The notes under the pieces are model-generated. The model did not search any database and was not told the origin of the DNA. It saw nothing but the letters and a program-made list of their open reading frames with translations. From positions 1-58,263 of the forward strand of contig JAMDEO010000118.1 of assembly GCA_023483915.1 (NCBI GenBank): DNA of 58,263 nt, read 5' to 3'. Position numbers and translations under genes: made by a program. The DNA comes from Actinomycetota bacterium. GTDB taxonomy: Bacteria; Actinomycetota; Thermoleophilia; RBG-16-64-13. Shown in pieces: positions 30,431-39,763 of the stretch. Position 1 is the first letter of the stretch. Every line of letters begins with the position of its first letter.

Positions 30431-32149
30431 ATGAAGAAGAACGCGCGAGAACAGAGACATCCGTTGGGGCCCAAGCCGCGAGTGATAGTGGTCGGCGGAG
30501 GTGTGTCCGGCTGTGCATGCGCTGCCACGCTCGCTCGTGGGGGGGCGCAAGTCACGGTGATAAGCAGCGCGCTGGATGTGGTCGGGCTTCCGGGATATGG
30601 CTCTGAAGTGCGGGCCGATAACGGATGGTCGGAGATCGCCGAAACATTTGCCGGGCTTCCCCTTGAGCTTCGTCTCGCTTGGCTGAAGTCGAGCGTGCTG
30701 CTCGAGACCGGGGAACCGGTGCTTTTCGTCGATCGTCGGGCGGTCAGTGTTGAAAGCAAACGCGCGCTGGAACGCATGCCGGGGCTTGAATTCCGGCAAG
30801 CCCTTGTCACGGAGGTGAGACTGAGGGATCTCGGGACAGATTCGGGAGCGAGCGTCCCTGGGCCTGCAATAGAGGTCGGTTCTGCCTTTGGAGAGGTGTT
30901 CCAGGGGGATGCGTTGGTGTTGGCTCCCGGTTTGGCCCTTGGAGGCGAGGTTGTTGTCGGGAGTGAGGTCCTTCCCGGTGGACGCTATGGTGAAGTCCCG
31001 GCCAATGACCTACGGGCTGCGCTAGAGGGTTTGGGGGTTGAATTCGAGCCCGTGACGGCTTTTGTGGGCGCCTGCTGTTCATATCGCGGCGCTGGTGAGC
31101 AGGCGCGCACGACGGTCGACTCCTATGCTCAAAGCGAGGCAGATGTAGGGGTTGCTGCCTACATTTCGGATGCCGCATGCTCGTCCAGTGTCACGTTGTC
31201 CCCGGCCGCCCCTCCTAGTGTCGGCGCCAATGTGTCTCTCGACTCGCGGAAGCGCAGTGCCCAGGGCCAGGGATCGCCCTTTCTCACGAGAAAGCTGCTT
31301 TGCGCGCATTCTTTCTTCGAAGATGGGGATGTTCGCCTTCGGCATCCGAGCCAGCCTGGCGCGGACACGCCCGTCTTCGACCCAGGCGCCCACGAGAAAG
31401 TGGGCGGCAGCGCTTGGGAGGTTGGAGTTGGCTATCCAGTTGTTGAACAGAATGGCTACAAGGGCCGCAGCCCTCACGAGGACTTCGTTTCGAACTCCCC
31501 TCGCTCGGAATCCGCGCTTGAGGCAATTAGGGCACTGCGCATGATCCTCGTAGGCGGGGCAGAGCGTTTGGAGGCTCCTGGTGGCGATGTTCACTCGTCC
31601 CTTCAGGTAACCGGCTGCGAAAGCGGAGCGGACGGGGAAGACAAAGGAGTACTTTCGGCCGCTGCGGGCGGGATCCTGCGGAGGAGGGTCATTTGGCCGG
31701 AGGCTTTCCCACCCGCGCCTTACTGGGACGAAGAGCTGCACCCGGGTTGCGCGTTCCTGCCGGATAGGGTGCCTGAGACCGCGGAGAAGCGCGAGAAGAC
31801 TAACCCGCAATGCCGCTTGAGAGGCATGCTCGTGCCGGATGGAGTTGCGACCGCGGAGTACTATCGTGATCCGGGACCGGCGACGAATGCGGCAGACATG
31901 GATGCGGGCTTCCTATCGGAGAGAAGACTTGACACGGATCCGGAGTGGGTTGTCACTCGTCTCGAATATCGAGTTCGGGGCCTCATTGTTCGCGGAATGG
32001 GTAAGGATGGTAGGTCGTCCGCGTTGAGCGACCGAATTAGGATTGCCGGCCGGGCGGGGGGAGCGAAAACCTATCTTCGGAGCCTTCAGTCAGGTACCGA
32101 AGTCGCCGAGAGCTTGCTTGCGAGCCTGGATTTAGGCGAGGACAGGTGA
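30431..32149 (+). CDS. MnmG/GidA-like FAD-binding protein of unknown function (divergent paralogue)
   Basis: RVIVVGGGVSGCACAATLARGG and LVLAPGLALGGEVVVGSEVLPGGRYGEVPANDLRAALEGLGVEF parallel the adjacent MnmG. The C-terminal IRIAGRAGGAKTYLRSLQSG parallels AGQLNGTSGYEEAAAQG. I recognise nothing in the central ~330 aa. Confidence 0.6.
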   Translation: MKKNAREQRHPLGPKPRVIVVGGGVSGCACAATLARGGAQVTVISSALDVVGLPGYGSEVRADNGWSEIAETFAGLPLELRLAWLKSSVLLETGEPVLFVDRRAVSVESKRALERMPGLEFRQALVTEVRLRDLGTDSGASVPGPAIEVGSAFGEVFQGDALVLAPGLALGGEVVVGSEVLPGGRYGEVPANDLRAALEGLGVEFEPVTAFVGACCSYRGAGEQARTTVDSYAQSEADVGVAAYISDAACSSSVTLSPAAPPSVGANVSLDSRKRSAQGQGSPFLTRKLLCAHSFFEDGDVRLRHPSQPGADTPVFDPGAHEKVGGSAWEVGVGYPVVEQNGYKGRSPHEDFVSNSPRSESALEAIRALRMILVGGAERLEAPGGDVHSSLQVTGCESGADGEDKGVLSAAAGGILRRRVIWPEAFPPAPYWDEELHPGCAFLPDRVPETAEKREKTNPQCRLRGMLVPDGVATAEYYRDPGPATNAADMDAGFLSERRLDTDPEWVVTRLEYRVRGLIVRGMGKDGRSSALSDRIRIAGRAGGAKTYLRSLQSGTEVAESLLASLDLGEDR

Positions 32150-34083
32150 CGCCGGGTATGCAGGATCAGACCTATGACGTAGTTGTCGTGGGCGCCGGAC
32201 ATGCCGGCTGCGAAGCGGCCCTGGCGGCGGCGCGCATGAGCTGTCGGACGGCCCTACTGACGCTCAGCATCGACAAGATAGCGCTTATGCCCTGCAATCC
32301 TGCAGTGGGAGGGGTGGGCAAGGGGCAGCTAACCCGTGAAATAGACGCGCTCGGAGGAGAGCAGGGCAGAAACACGGATCGGGCTTTTATCCAGCTAAAG
32401 ATGCTCAACACGTCCAAAGGGCCCGCAGTGAGAGCGCTCCGCGCCCAAGCCGACAAGCGACTCTATGAGGACTGGATGAAGGTGGTTCTGTCGAGGAATC
32501 CGAACCTTGACCTCATCCAAGGCGAAGCGGTGGCCCTCGATGTTTCACGTGAAACAATTCGGGCGGTGCGTCTGGCCGACGGCCGCAGACTCTTAGCCAA
32601 GGCGGTGGTCCTGGCTACCGGCACTTTCCTTCGCGGGAAGATCGTCATAGGAAACCGCAGCTACGCTGCTGGTCGGGTTGGAGAGTTGCCTGCGCAAAGG
32701 CTTTCGCAAAGCCTCATAGAGGCAGGTCTAGAATTGGATCGTTTTCAGTCGGCCACTCCGCCTCGAATAGACGGGGCTACAATCGACATTGAGAAGATGT
32801 CCCCCCAGTTGGGCGATGACGCACCGCTGTCTTTCTCGCATTGGGGCAAGCCCGCTCCGCGGCGCCAAGTGCCGTGTTACTTGACGCACACAACCGCGAA
32901 GACGCACGACGTGGTATCCAGTCATCTCCATCTGAGTCCCCTCAAGAGTGGTTCGGTTACCGGCAAGGGACCGCGGTACTGTCCATCCATCGATCGCAAG
33001 CTCATCAACTTCCCTGACAAAGAACACCACCCTGTCTTCGTCGAGCCGGAGGGAATCACCACGCGGGAAATGTACCTTCAGGGATTGACGACGAGTCTGC
33101 CCGTGTTTGTGCAAGAGAAGATAATTCAGGCCACGCCGGGCCTTGAGCACGCCCGCTTGGTCCGGCCAGGTTACGCCGTCGAATACGACTATCTGCCACC
33201 CGAACAACTGACACTCGGTCTTCAGACCAAAGCCATTGGTGGGCTTTTCTGCGCGGGCCAACTCAACGGTACCTCCGGTTATGAAGAGGCAGCTGCCCAA
33301 GGACTAATGGCGGGAATAAACGCGGCTAGGCTGGTAAGGGGTGAGGCGCCATTCATCCTTGGTCGTGATCAGGCATACATAGGTGTGCTGATAGATGATC
33401 TCGTTACTAAAGGGGTTGACGAACCTTACCGAATGTTCACGTCCCGGGCTGAATATCGGCTTCTACTGCGTCATGACAACGCGGCCGAGAGGCTTTCACA
33501 CCTAGGGCACTCTCTGGGCTTGATAAGCGATCGCCAACTCGCCGAGGTTGAGCACAAGCAGAAGATGGTACATGAGCTGTCGAGCATGCTGGATGAGCTC
33601 CAGGTTCGTCGAAGCCAGCAGACGGGGCAGCTCCTGGAATCCCTTGGGACGTCCCCCTTGGAGGGATCCCAGAGCGCAGCCCGCGTTCTCAGGCGGCCGC
33701 AGATATCTTTCGAATACCTGCTGAAGTTGTTGTCTGAATCCGACAGAGACAAACTCGGATCCGCTCCTCCGGAAGTCGTTGAGCAATTGGCGATAAAGGC
33801 CCGCTATGATGGCTATATTCGCCGACAAATGGCTGAGATACGCCGGCATCGTTCCACCGAGAACATGGTCATTCCGGGTGACTTCGACTATGGGCGCATA
33901 GATGGTCTGACCTTCGAAGCTCGAGACAAACTGGGCCGGATGAGACCGGCAACCCTTGGGCAAGCTTCACGCATACCTGGCGTCTCCCCGGCAGATATAT
34001 CGGTTTTGCTCGTCCATCTCTATCGTTCCCATGCATCCAAGGAAACGCAAGAATCGGCGGAAGAGACGGTCTTCGGGGTCTGA
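32146..34083 (+). CDS. mnmG: tRNA uridine 5-carboxymethylaminomethyl modification enzyme MnmG (GidA)
   Basis: YDVVVVGAGHAGCEAALAAARM...NPAVGGVGKGQLTREIDALGG...GPRYCPSIDRK...GLFCAGQLNGTSGYEEAAAQGL. The start is either GTG 32146 or ATG 32158. Confidence 0.95.
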   Translation: MTPGMQDQTYDVVVVGAGHAGCEAALAAARMSCRTALLTLSIDKIALMPCNPAVGGVGKGQLTREIDALGGEQGRNTDRAFIQLKMLNTSKGPAVRALRAQADKRLYEDWMKVVLSRNPNLDLIQGEAVALDVSRETIRAVRLADGRRLLAKAVVLATGTFLRGKIVIGNRSYAAGRVGELPAQRLSQSLIEAGLELDRFQSATPPRIDGATIDIEKMSPQLGDDAPLSFSHWGKPAPRRQVPCYLTHTTAKTHDVVSSHLHLSPLKSGSVTGKGPRYCPSIDRKLINFPDKEHHPVFVEPEGITTREMYLQGLTTSLPVFVQEKIIQATPGLEHARLVRPGYAVEYDYLPPEQLTLGLQTKAIGGLFCAGQLNGTSGYEEAAAQGLMAGINAARLVRGEAPFILGRDQAYIGVLIDDLVTKGVDEPYRMFTSRAEYRLLLRHDNAAERLSHLGHSLGLISDRQLAEVEHKQKMVHELSSMLDELQVRRSQQTGQLLESLGTSPLEGSQSAARVLRRPQISFEYLLKLLSESDRDKLGSAPPEVVEQLAIKARYDGYIRRQMAEIRRHRSTENMVIPGDFDYGRIDGLTFEARDKLGRMRPATLGQASRIPGVSPADISVLLVHLYRSHASKETQESAEETVFGV

Positions 34084-34099
34084 CCGAGGTGGAACTCCC

Positions 34100-34801
34100 T
34101 TGAGATTAGTGGAGACTGAGGCCTACGCAGTCCATGGGCTCGACGCGGATGCGCGCCTTCGATTGGGGGCCCTCGGGGACGTGATTTTAGGCGCCGGCCT
34201 CAATGTTACGGGCATACGGGAACCTCATGAAATCGAGCGCATTCACTTCCTCGATTCGCTATCCGTGTTGTCCATTCCGTGTGTGTCCGCAGGCGGGGGG
34301 ATTGTTGACGTGGGCTCAGGCGCTGGATTGCCTGCCTTGGTGCTGGCCATCGCGCTTCCGAGCACGATGATTGTGGCTCTGGAAAGTCAGCACAAGAAAT
34401 GCGGCTTCATTTCCAGAGCGGCCAGGGAATTGTCACTATCCAACGTGACCGTTTGTTGTGAAAGGGCGGAGGCATATGGGCGCGGAGAAGGCAGGGAGCG
34501 CTACCACGTCGCAATTTCGCGGGCCGTGGCGTCCGTCCCTGTGGTTGCCGAGTATTCGTTGCCCCTCGTCACCCTGGGCGGATGTATGGTGGCCCTGCAA
34601 GGCGCAATATCAGACCAAGAGTGGATACAGGCGGATAAGGCTATCGGTATACTTGGAGGCGACTCGCTTGATGCTACCAGGCTGCAGCCATTCCCCGATG
34701 CGCAGAATCGATGGGCGTACATAGCAAAGAAGGTCAAGCCCACGCCCTCTGGTTTCCCTCGGCGGCCGGGAGTGCCAGCGAAGAGACCTCTTGGAGGGTA
34801 G
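34100..34801 (+). CDS. rsmG: 16S rRNA (guanine527-N7)-methyltransferase RsmG
   Basis: HFLDSLSVL...IVDVGSGAGLPALVLAIA...ESQHKKCGFI...RAVA. TTG at 34100 follows GAGGTGG. The ORF-track start at 33956 overlaps mnmG. Confidence 0.9.
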   Translation: MRLVETEAYAVHGLDADARLRLGALGDVILGAGLNVTGIREPHEIERIHFLDSLSVLSIPCVSAGGGIVDVGSGAGLPALVLAIALPSTMIVALESQHKKCGFISRAARELSLSNVTVCCERAEAYGRGEGRERYHVAISRAVASVPVVAEYSLPLVTLGGCMVALQGAISDQEWIQADKAIGILGGDSLDATRLQPFPDAQNRWAYIAKKVKPTPSGFPRRPGVPAKRPLGG

Positions 34802-35570
34802 AACGCTGATCTACGCCATCGCCAATCAAAAGGGCGGAGTGGGAAAGACGACCACCGCTATCAACCTGGCCGCGAGTCTGGCTCAGGCCGGGGAACGCGT
34901 CCTACTTGTAGACATGGATTCTCAGGCGAATGCGTCGCACGGCCTTGGAGTGCGCATCCCGCATGGAGAGCCCAGTATTCTCGAGGTGCTTCTGGGCGAG
35001 CGAATCCTCGGGGAGATCATAAGGAGTTCGTGCGTTCCCGGCTTGGATATCGCCCCGTCGTCACCGGACATGGCTGGTGCCGGCGTGCTCTTGCCGGGGC
35101 TGTCGAGGAGGGAATTCCGGTTGCGAGACGCTCTGGGGACGGTCTTGGTACCGGAGCAGGCCTATCGCCACATCTTCATAGACTGTCCGCCATCTCTTGG
35201 TCTTCTAACCGTCAATGCACTAGTGGCTGCAGATCAGGTGATCATACCTGTGCAGGCCGAGTACTTCGCACTGGAGGGATTGGCACAACTTCTGTCGACA
35301 ATTGCTGCCGTCCGAGAGCGCTTGAATCGGCAACTGAGAATCGCCGGGCTGGTGTTGACGATGGTGGATGTGCGTACTTCGCTTGCACGACAGGTCGAAG
35401 TTGAAGTTCGCACCCACTTTCCTAACCTCAGTTTTCGAACGATTGTGCCGCGAAATGTCCGTCTGGCAGAGGCGCCGAGTCATGGGCTTCCGGTTTGTAT
35501 GCTCGACCCCTACTGCGCCGGCTCTGACGCGTACTTCGATCTTGCATTGGAGGTAGTCAACAATGGCTAG
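34791..35570 (+). CDS. parA: Chromosome partitioning ATPase ParA/Soj
   Basis: IYAIANQKGGVGKTTTAINLAASLA (deviant Walker A), DCPPSLG, and PRNVRLAEAPSHG. Confidence 0.92.
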   Translation: MEGRTLIYAIANQKGGVGKTTTAINLAASLAQAGERVLLVDMDSQANASHGLGVRIPHGEPSILEVLLGERILGEIIRSSCVPGLDIAPSSPDMAGAGVLLPGLSRREFRLRDALGTVLVPEQAYRHIFIDCPPSLGLLTVNALVAADQVIIPVQAEYFALEGLAQLLSTIAAVRERLNRQLRIAGLVLTMVDVRTSLARQVEVEVRTHFPNLSFRTIVPRNVRLAEAPSHGLPVCMLDPYCAGSDAYFDLALEVVNNG

Positions 35571-36498
35571 AAAACCAGCTCTGGGGCGAGGGCTTGCTGC
35601 ACTTCTGGGTGAAGCCGCGGAGGCCGGAGCAGCAGTGAGCCAGCACCCGCTGACAACTCCCGAGCGACTAGCCAATGAAACGGCCGCATCGCGCGAGCTA
35701 TCGAGTTCGCCCGGGGTCATTGAGTTGCCAGTTTCCTCGATCAAACGAAACCCTCGCCAACCGCGCCGTGCCTTCGATTCCGGTGCCCTCAATGAGTTGG
35801 CAACCTCGATCAGTTCCGTGGGGGTTGTCCAGCCTGTTATCGTGCGGGAGGTCGACGGGTTCTACGAGCTAATTGCAGGTGAGCGAAGATGGCGGGCGGC
35901 TCAAATGGCCGGCTACACGGTAATCCCGGCGATCGTACGGAGCGCTTCAGACACAGAAAGCCTGGAGCTTGCCCTTGTGGAGAATGTCGTTCGTCAGCAA
36001 CTCAACCCAGTAGATGAAGCGTATGCCCTGAAAGTTCTGCTTGAAGATCTGGGAGTCACCCAGGACAGCTTGGCTGCGCGCGTCGGAAGGAGTCGTTCCG
36101 CAATTGCCAACAAGATCCGTTTACTAGATCTGCCTGCGGACATACAAGATTCACTCGCCAGTGGAGCCATCACTGAGGGTCACGGCCGCGCACTCTTGGG
36201 TCTATCGGAGCGTGGCAAACAGCTTCAGTTGGCCCGACGAGTGGTAGACAGGGGCCTGTCGGTCCGCCAGGTGGAGGAGGAGGTTCGACGACTTACGGAT
36301 AAGGCTCCCGTGAAGAGCGCCTCTCTCGGGATCAACAAGGGCTTGGACCCTCAAATGCTAGACGACCTTCGTCAAGCCTTCTTCTCGGCCCTGGGTGTTG
36401 TGCCGCGAGTCAAGGCTCGTGGGAAAGGGGGCATCGTAGAGTTGCCGTATCAAGATCAAGAAGATCTCGCTCGTATGATGGAACGCCTGAACTCCTGA
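35563..36498 (+). CDS. parB: Chromosome partitioning protein ParB/Spo0J
   Basis: NPRQPRRAFD...VVQPVIVRE...YELIAGERRWRAAQMAG...HTH region LAARVGRSRSAIANKIRLLDLP. Confidence 0.92.
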   Translation: MARKPALGRGLAALLGEAAEAGAAVSQHPLTTPERLANETAASRELSSSPGVIELPVSSIKRNPRQPRRAFDSGALNELATSISSVGVVQPVIVREVDGFYELIAGERRWRAAQMAGYTVIPAIVRSASDTESLELALVENVVRQQLNPVDEAYALKVLLEDLGVTQDSLAARVGRSRSAIANKIRLLDLPADIQDSLASGAITEGHGRALLGLSERGKQLQLARRVVDRGLSVRQVEEEVRRLTDKAPVKSASLGINKGLDPQMLDDLRQAFFSALGVVPRVKARGKGGIVELPYQDQEDLARMMERLNS

Positions 36499-36609
36499 GT
36501 CTGCCCTTTACTCAGGCATCGAGGTAGGACGTCGGCGCCGCTGGAACCTGGCCCGCATGGGTTACAGTCTCATTGTCCTGCGGGCCAATCGCGCTGACAG
36601 GGGGTTGTC

Positions 36610-37509
36610 ATGGGGAGGAACGTCGATACACAGCGGCCGACAAACTTTTGGCACTGGCTGACAAGATGGCTGCCGAAACGTGATACGGCCACTCCGAGCG
36701 GTCAAAGGTGCTCCAAGCCGGGAACTACCTGGGTAATCATTGGGGTGATGATTTTGGCCGTCTCCGCGGTGCTCGCAGGCTGCAGCGGAGATGCCAAGAC
36801 CGAGGCTAGCGCTGTCTCGACTACCACCCAGCTGCAGCAGGCGCAACTCCAGACGTCATCCGCCATCGGAGCGCGGGACACCATTACCGTGGTTGGGAAG
36901 GCCAAGGTTTCAAGTGCCCCCGACGAGGCAGTCCTCTCTCTGAGCGTGGAAACTGAGGCAGCGGACCCGGCCAAGGCGTTGGACGCGAACTCGCAGAGCA
37001 CGCAGAAGGTGATAGATCGCTTGAAATCAGAAGGTGTGGAGGAATCTGCTATTCGGACGGCAAACGTCACCGTCTACCCCATCAGGACTTATGATCCCAA
37101 GACCGGGAAGGAGTCTCTCACGGGTTACCGCGCGCAGAACGCTGTAACCGTCACTCTGAAAGACGCGCTGAAAGTCGGCAAGGTCCTCGCCGCGGCCGTG
37201 GAGACGGGAGCGACGAACATATCTGGGCCTGAGTGGAGACTGTCAGAAGCCAACCCCATGGTTACGGAGGCGTTGAAACAAGCTGTCGCAAACGCCAGGA
37301 CCAAGGCGGAAGCGGTAGCGGCTGCTCAGGGCGTCAGGCTTGGCGACGTGGTCATGATGAACGAAGGTGGAGTCGAGATACCAGTTGTCCCGATGTACGG
37401 TGCGGACGTCGCCATGGGTTTGTCCGCAAAAGTGGCTGAACCTCCGATCAGTCCGGGAACACTTGATATTAGCGCGACAATGACCGTGACATACGGATTG
37501 AACCGATGA
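36610..37509 (+). CDS. SIMPL/DUF541 domain lipoprotein
   Basis: Lipobox VLAGCSG. TVVGKAKVSSAPDEAVLSLSVE...YRAQNAVTVTLKD...GATNISGPEWRLS...A..AR.KAEAVAAAQGVRLG is the DUF541 pattern. The start is uncertain. Confidence 0.8.
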   Translation: MGRNVDTQRPTNFWHWLTRWLPKRDTATPSGQRCSKPGTTWVIIGVMILAVSAVLAGCSGDAKTEASAVSTTTQLQQAQLQTSSAIGARDTITVVGKAKVSSAPDEAVLSLSVETEAADPAKALDANSQSTQKVIDRLKSEGVEESAIRTANVTVYPIRTYDPKTGKESLTGYRAQNAVTVTLKDALKVGKVLAAAVETGATNISGPEWRLSEANPMVTEALKQAVANARTKAEAVAAAQGVRLGDVVMMNEGGVEIPVVPMYGADVAMGLSAKVAEPPISPGTLDISATMTVTYGLNR

Positions 37510-37700
37510 TGCTTACTTAGAGTGTGCGGATTCAGGACCGGTCCAGTTCGGTCAGTTCGGTCCCTCAGCATCAAGCCCACTGCGTCCCTTGAGACATGTC
37601 TGGATAGGCGTCTCGACGCAAGTCTGGGTCGATGTCCAAACGTAGGCGAGTCATGGTGGCGCCCATCGACTTGAGTGGGGACCCGCTATATGATTGATGC

Positions 37701-38003
37701 ATGGGATACCGCCTTGCTGCCGAAGATCGCTCTGAAGCATTTGTTGTCTCGCTCAACCTGGCTCTTGATCGCCGTGAGAGTAACGAGTTGTTTCTGTCGG
37801 GCGATTCGATGATCGCTTGGCCCCGGGATGGTCTGTCTCAAGACGGCAATCCCCTAATCGCACGGACGAGCATGTTTGTATCGGAGATAGCTGGGCGCCC
37901 AACCGGACTTGCATTGCGGTACGCGACGAGGGAGCAGGCGCAAGTGGCCGAGAACCTCCTTCGCCGACAGTTGGATCAAATAGGCATCGCGGAGGAGGAG
38001 TAG
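37701..38003 (+). CDS. Hypothetical protein (100 aa), abutting the Roadblock gene
   Basis: The ORF ends in TAG directly abutting the GTG of the next gene, with GGAGGAGGAG inside its 3' end. No family recognised. Confidence 0.4.
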   Translation: MGYRLAAEDRSEAFVVSLNLALDRRESNELFLSGDSMIAWPRDGLSQDGNPLIARTSMFVSEIAGRPTGLALRYATREQAQVAENLLRRQLDQIGIAEEE

Positions 38004-38375
38004 GTGGCCACGCTCCAAGGGTATGAAAAAGCGGATCCCCTCAAGGGAGTTCTGGAAGAGTATTTGGCAATTCCGGGCATGAAGGCAGCAATCCTCGTTT
38101 CTGACCAGGGGCTAATGATAAGTAGCGCTACCCTACCGGAGGTGGATACCGACAGCGTTGCAGCATTGGTCGTCGATACAGTGGCGACAGCCCAGCGCTT
38201 TGGCCTGGCTGTGGAAGGTGGGTTCCTCGACACGATGAGCATTGAGTTCGAGAAGCTCACAGTGGTGCTCGCGCCCTTCACCCCCGACGTGATGTTGGCG
38301 CTTGTCGCTGCCCCCGGGTGTCTCGGCGCTCGACGAGAGGCGCCAATCGTGAAGGAAAGCTTCATTCGAGGCTAA
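38004..38375 (+). CDS. Roadblock/LC7 (MglB-like) domain protein
   Basis: LEEYLAIPGMKAAILVSDQGLMISSA...DSVAALVVDTVATAQRF...LDTMSIEFEKLTVVLAPF...MLALVAAPG is a typical Robl_LC7 pattern. Confidence 0.7.
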   Translation: MATLQGYEKADPLKGVLEEYLAIPGMKAAILVSDQGLMISSATLPEVDTDSVAALVVDTVATAQRFGLAVEGGFLDTMSIEFEKLTVVLAPFTPDVMLALVAAPGCLGARREAPIVKESFIRG

Positions 38376-38392
38376 TAGGTTCCTGCGCTGTC

Positions 38393-38818
38393 CTATTCCG
38401 AGGTCGCGAGCTTTGCTCCGGTACGATAGTCCAGAAACCCGATGACGTCGGTTGTGGAAGCTTGCTCTGATGACGGGTCCAAGGGCCTGCCCCATATCTC
38501 CCAGACAAGGGTTGGCGGGGTAACGACACTAAGCCGAGTCCCCGCTCTTGTCACATACAAATAGCTCGCACGGTCGGGAAGGTAGAGCAGCGCCACTCTG
38601 ACCGCACGATTTCCTGATGCTGCGAAGACCTGTTTCGCCTCCATGAGGGCTTCGCCAGGATTGCCAAGCCTTGCAGAACCGCTTGCTCGCGCGAGGGTGA
38701 CGATGAAACCATACGACCGGATGGGATGAATGAGGAATTGCCCGTCCTGGGTAGCTGAAGTGTATCGTTCGGCTATTGGCGCGGGGGCGACCAGTAGTAC
38801 GATGAGCACCAAGGGCAC
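38393..38818 (-). CDS. Hypothetical N-terminally anchored protein
   Basis: GTG start followed by a hydrophobic segment (PLVLIVLLVAPAP). No family recognised. Confidence 0.4.
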   Translation of the reverse strand: MPLVLIVLLVAPAPIAERYTSATQDGQFLIHPIRSYGFIVTLARASGSARLGNPGEALMEAKQVFAASGNRAVRVALLYLPDRASYLYVTRAGTRLSVVTPPTLVWEIWGRPLDPSSEQASTTDVIGFLDYRTGAKLATSE

Positions 38819-38989
38819 AATCCAGATAAGTCTGCGCGTGATGTCTGCTTCCTCGAGATGTTGGCCCCGACCCGGATATCGACTCTATTTTAATCCTTGA
38901 GGAGGACGCGACTAACCCGCCAGATCAATCTCGGTGCCTCACCTCAGAATTAACGTTCCCGATAGCGACTCGAGAAAGGAAGGGGATAC

Positions 38990-39511
38990 ATGCTGGGTAA
39001 GGGGAGGGTCATCGTGAACACTGGAGATGGCAAGGGGAAGACCACCGCCGCTTTTGGGACCGCGTTTCGGGCCGCAGGCCATGGTCTAGAAGTGGCAGTG
39101 GTCCAGTTCATCAAAGGTTCATGGGACTACGGTGAGCTCAATGCTGCTCGGCGTTTTCCCAACATCTCTGTGACTCGGATCGGATCTGGCTACACATGGA
39201 TGGCCAAGGACCCTAACGTGCCGCAGCAACTCGCGCGCGAAGCGTGGGCCGTATGCCTCGAGAAGGCGATGTCAGGGAAGTACGACTTGCTGGTTATGGA
39301 CGAACTCAACTATGCGGTGAAGGAGGGCTACGTCTCGGTTGAGGAGATTTTGGCGCTCATCCGCAACCGGCCGTCACGGTTGTCGTTGATCATTACGGGC
39401 CGGGATGCCCGGCCAGAGCTGATTGCTGAAGCCGACACCGTTACCGAAATGCGCCGTATAAAGCACGCTTTTGCTCAAGGCATCCGAGCATGCAAGGGGA
39501 TAGAGTATTAG
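38990..39511 (+). CDS. cobO: Cob(I)yrinic acid a,c-diamide adenosyltransferase (CobO/BtuR type)
   Basis: VIVNTGDGKGKTTAAFG...VAVVQFIKG...GE...DLLVMDELNYA...LIITGR...TEMRRIKHAF..G..A.KGIEY. Confidence 0.9.
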   Translation: MLGKGRVIVNTGDGKGKTTAAFGTAFRAAGHGLEVAVVQFIKGSWDYGELNAARRFPNISVTRIGSGYTWMAKDPNVPQQLAREAWAVCLEKAMSGKYDLLVMDELNYAVKEGYVSVEEILALIRNRPSRLSLIITGRDARPELIAEADTVTEMRRIKHAFAQGIRACKGIEY

Positions 39512-39763
39512 CATCATGGTATTACCATCCTACCGACAATACAGCAATAATGTAACATTGATATTGTGAGGTTCGCTGGCCAGAGGTTTCCTGGGGCGCC
39601 CACACACCGGATCTCGACCGCCGTGTTCTGAAGTTACCTCCAGACTCGCGAAACCTGAGGCCCGATGACCATCGCCGATCAGGTTCCCATGACCGCCCAG
39701 CGACCGAGGCCACGATGACCCCGGAAGGCCGTCCGGTGACCAGACCTCGATAACGCACTCCGA

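Noticed and set aside
38819-38989. A cobalamin riboswitch upstream of cobO.
   Set aside because: I could not find a B12-box-like element (GCCACUG) or the conserved GGGAA/GGUG core on the cobO strand.
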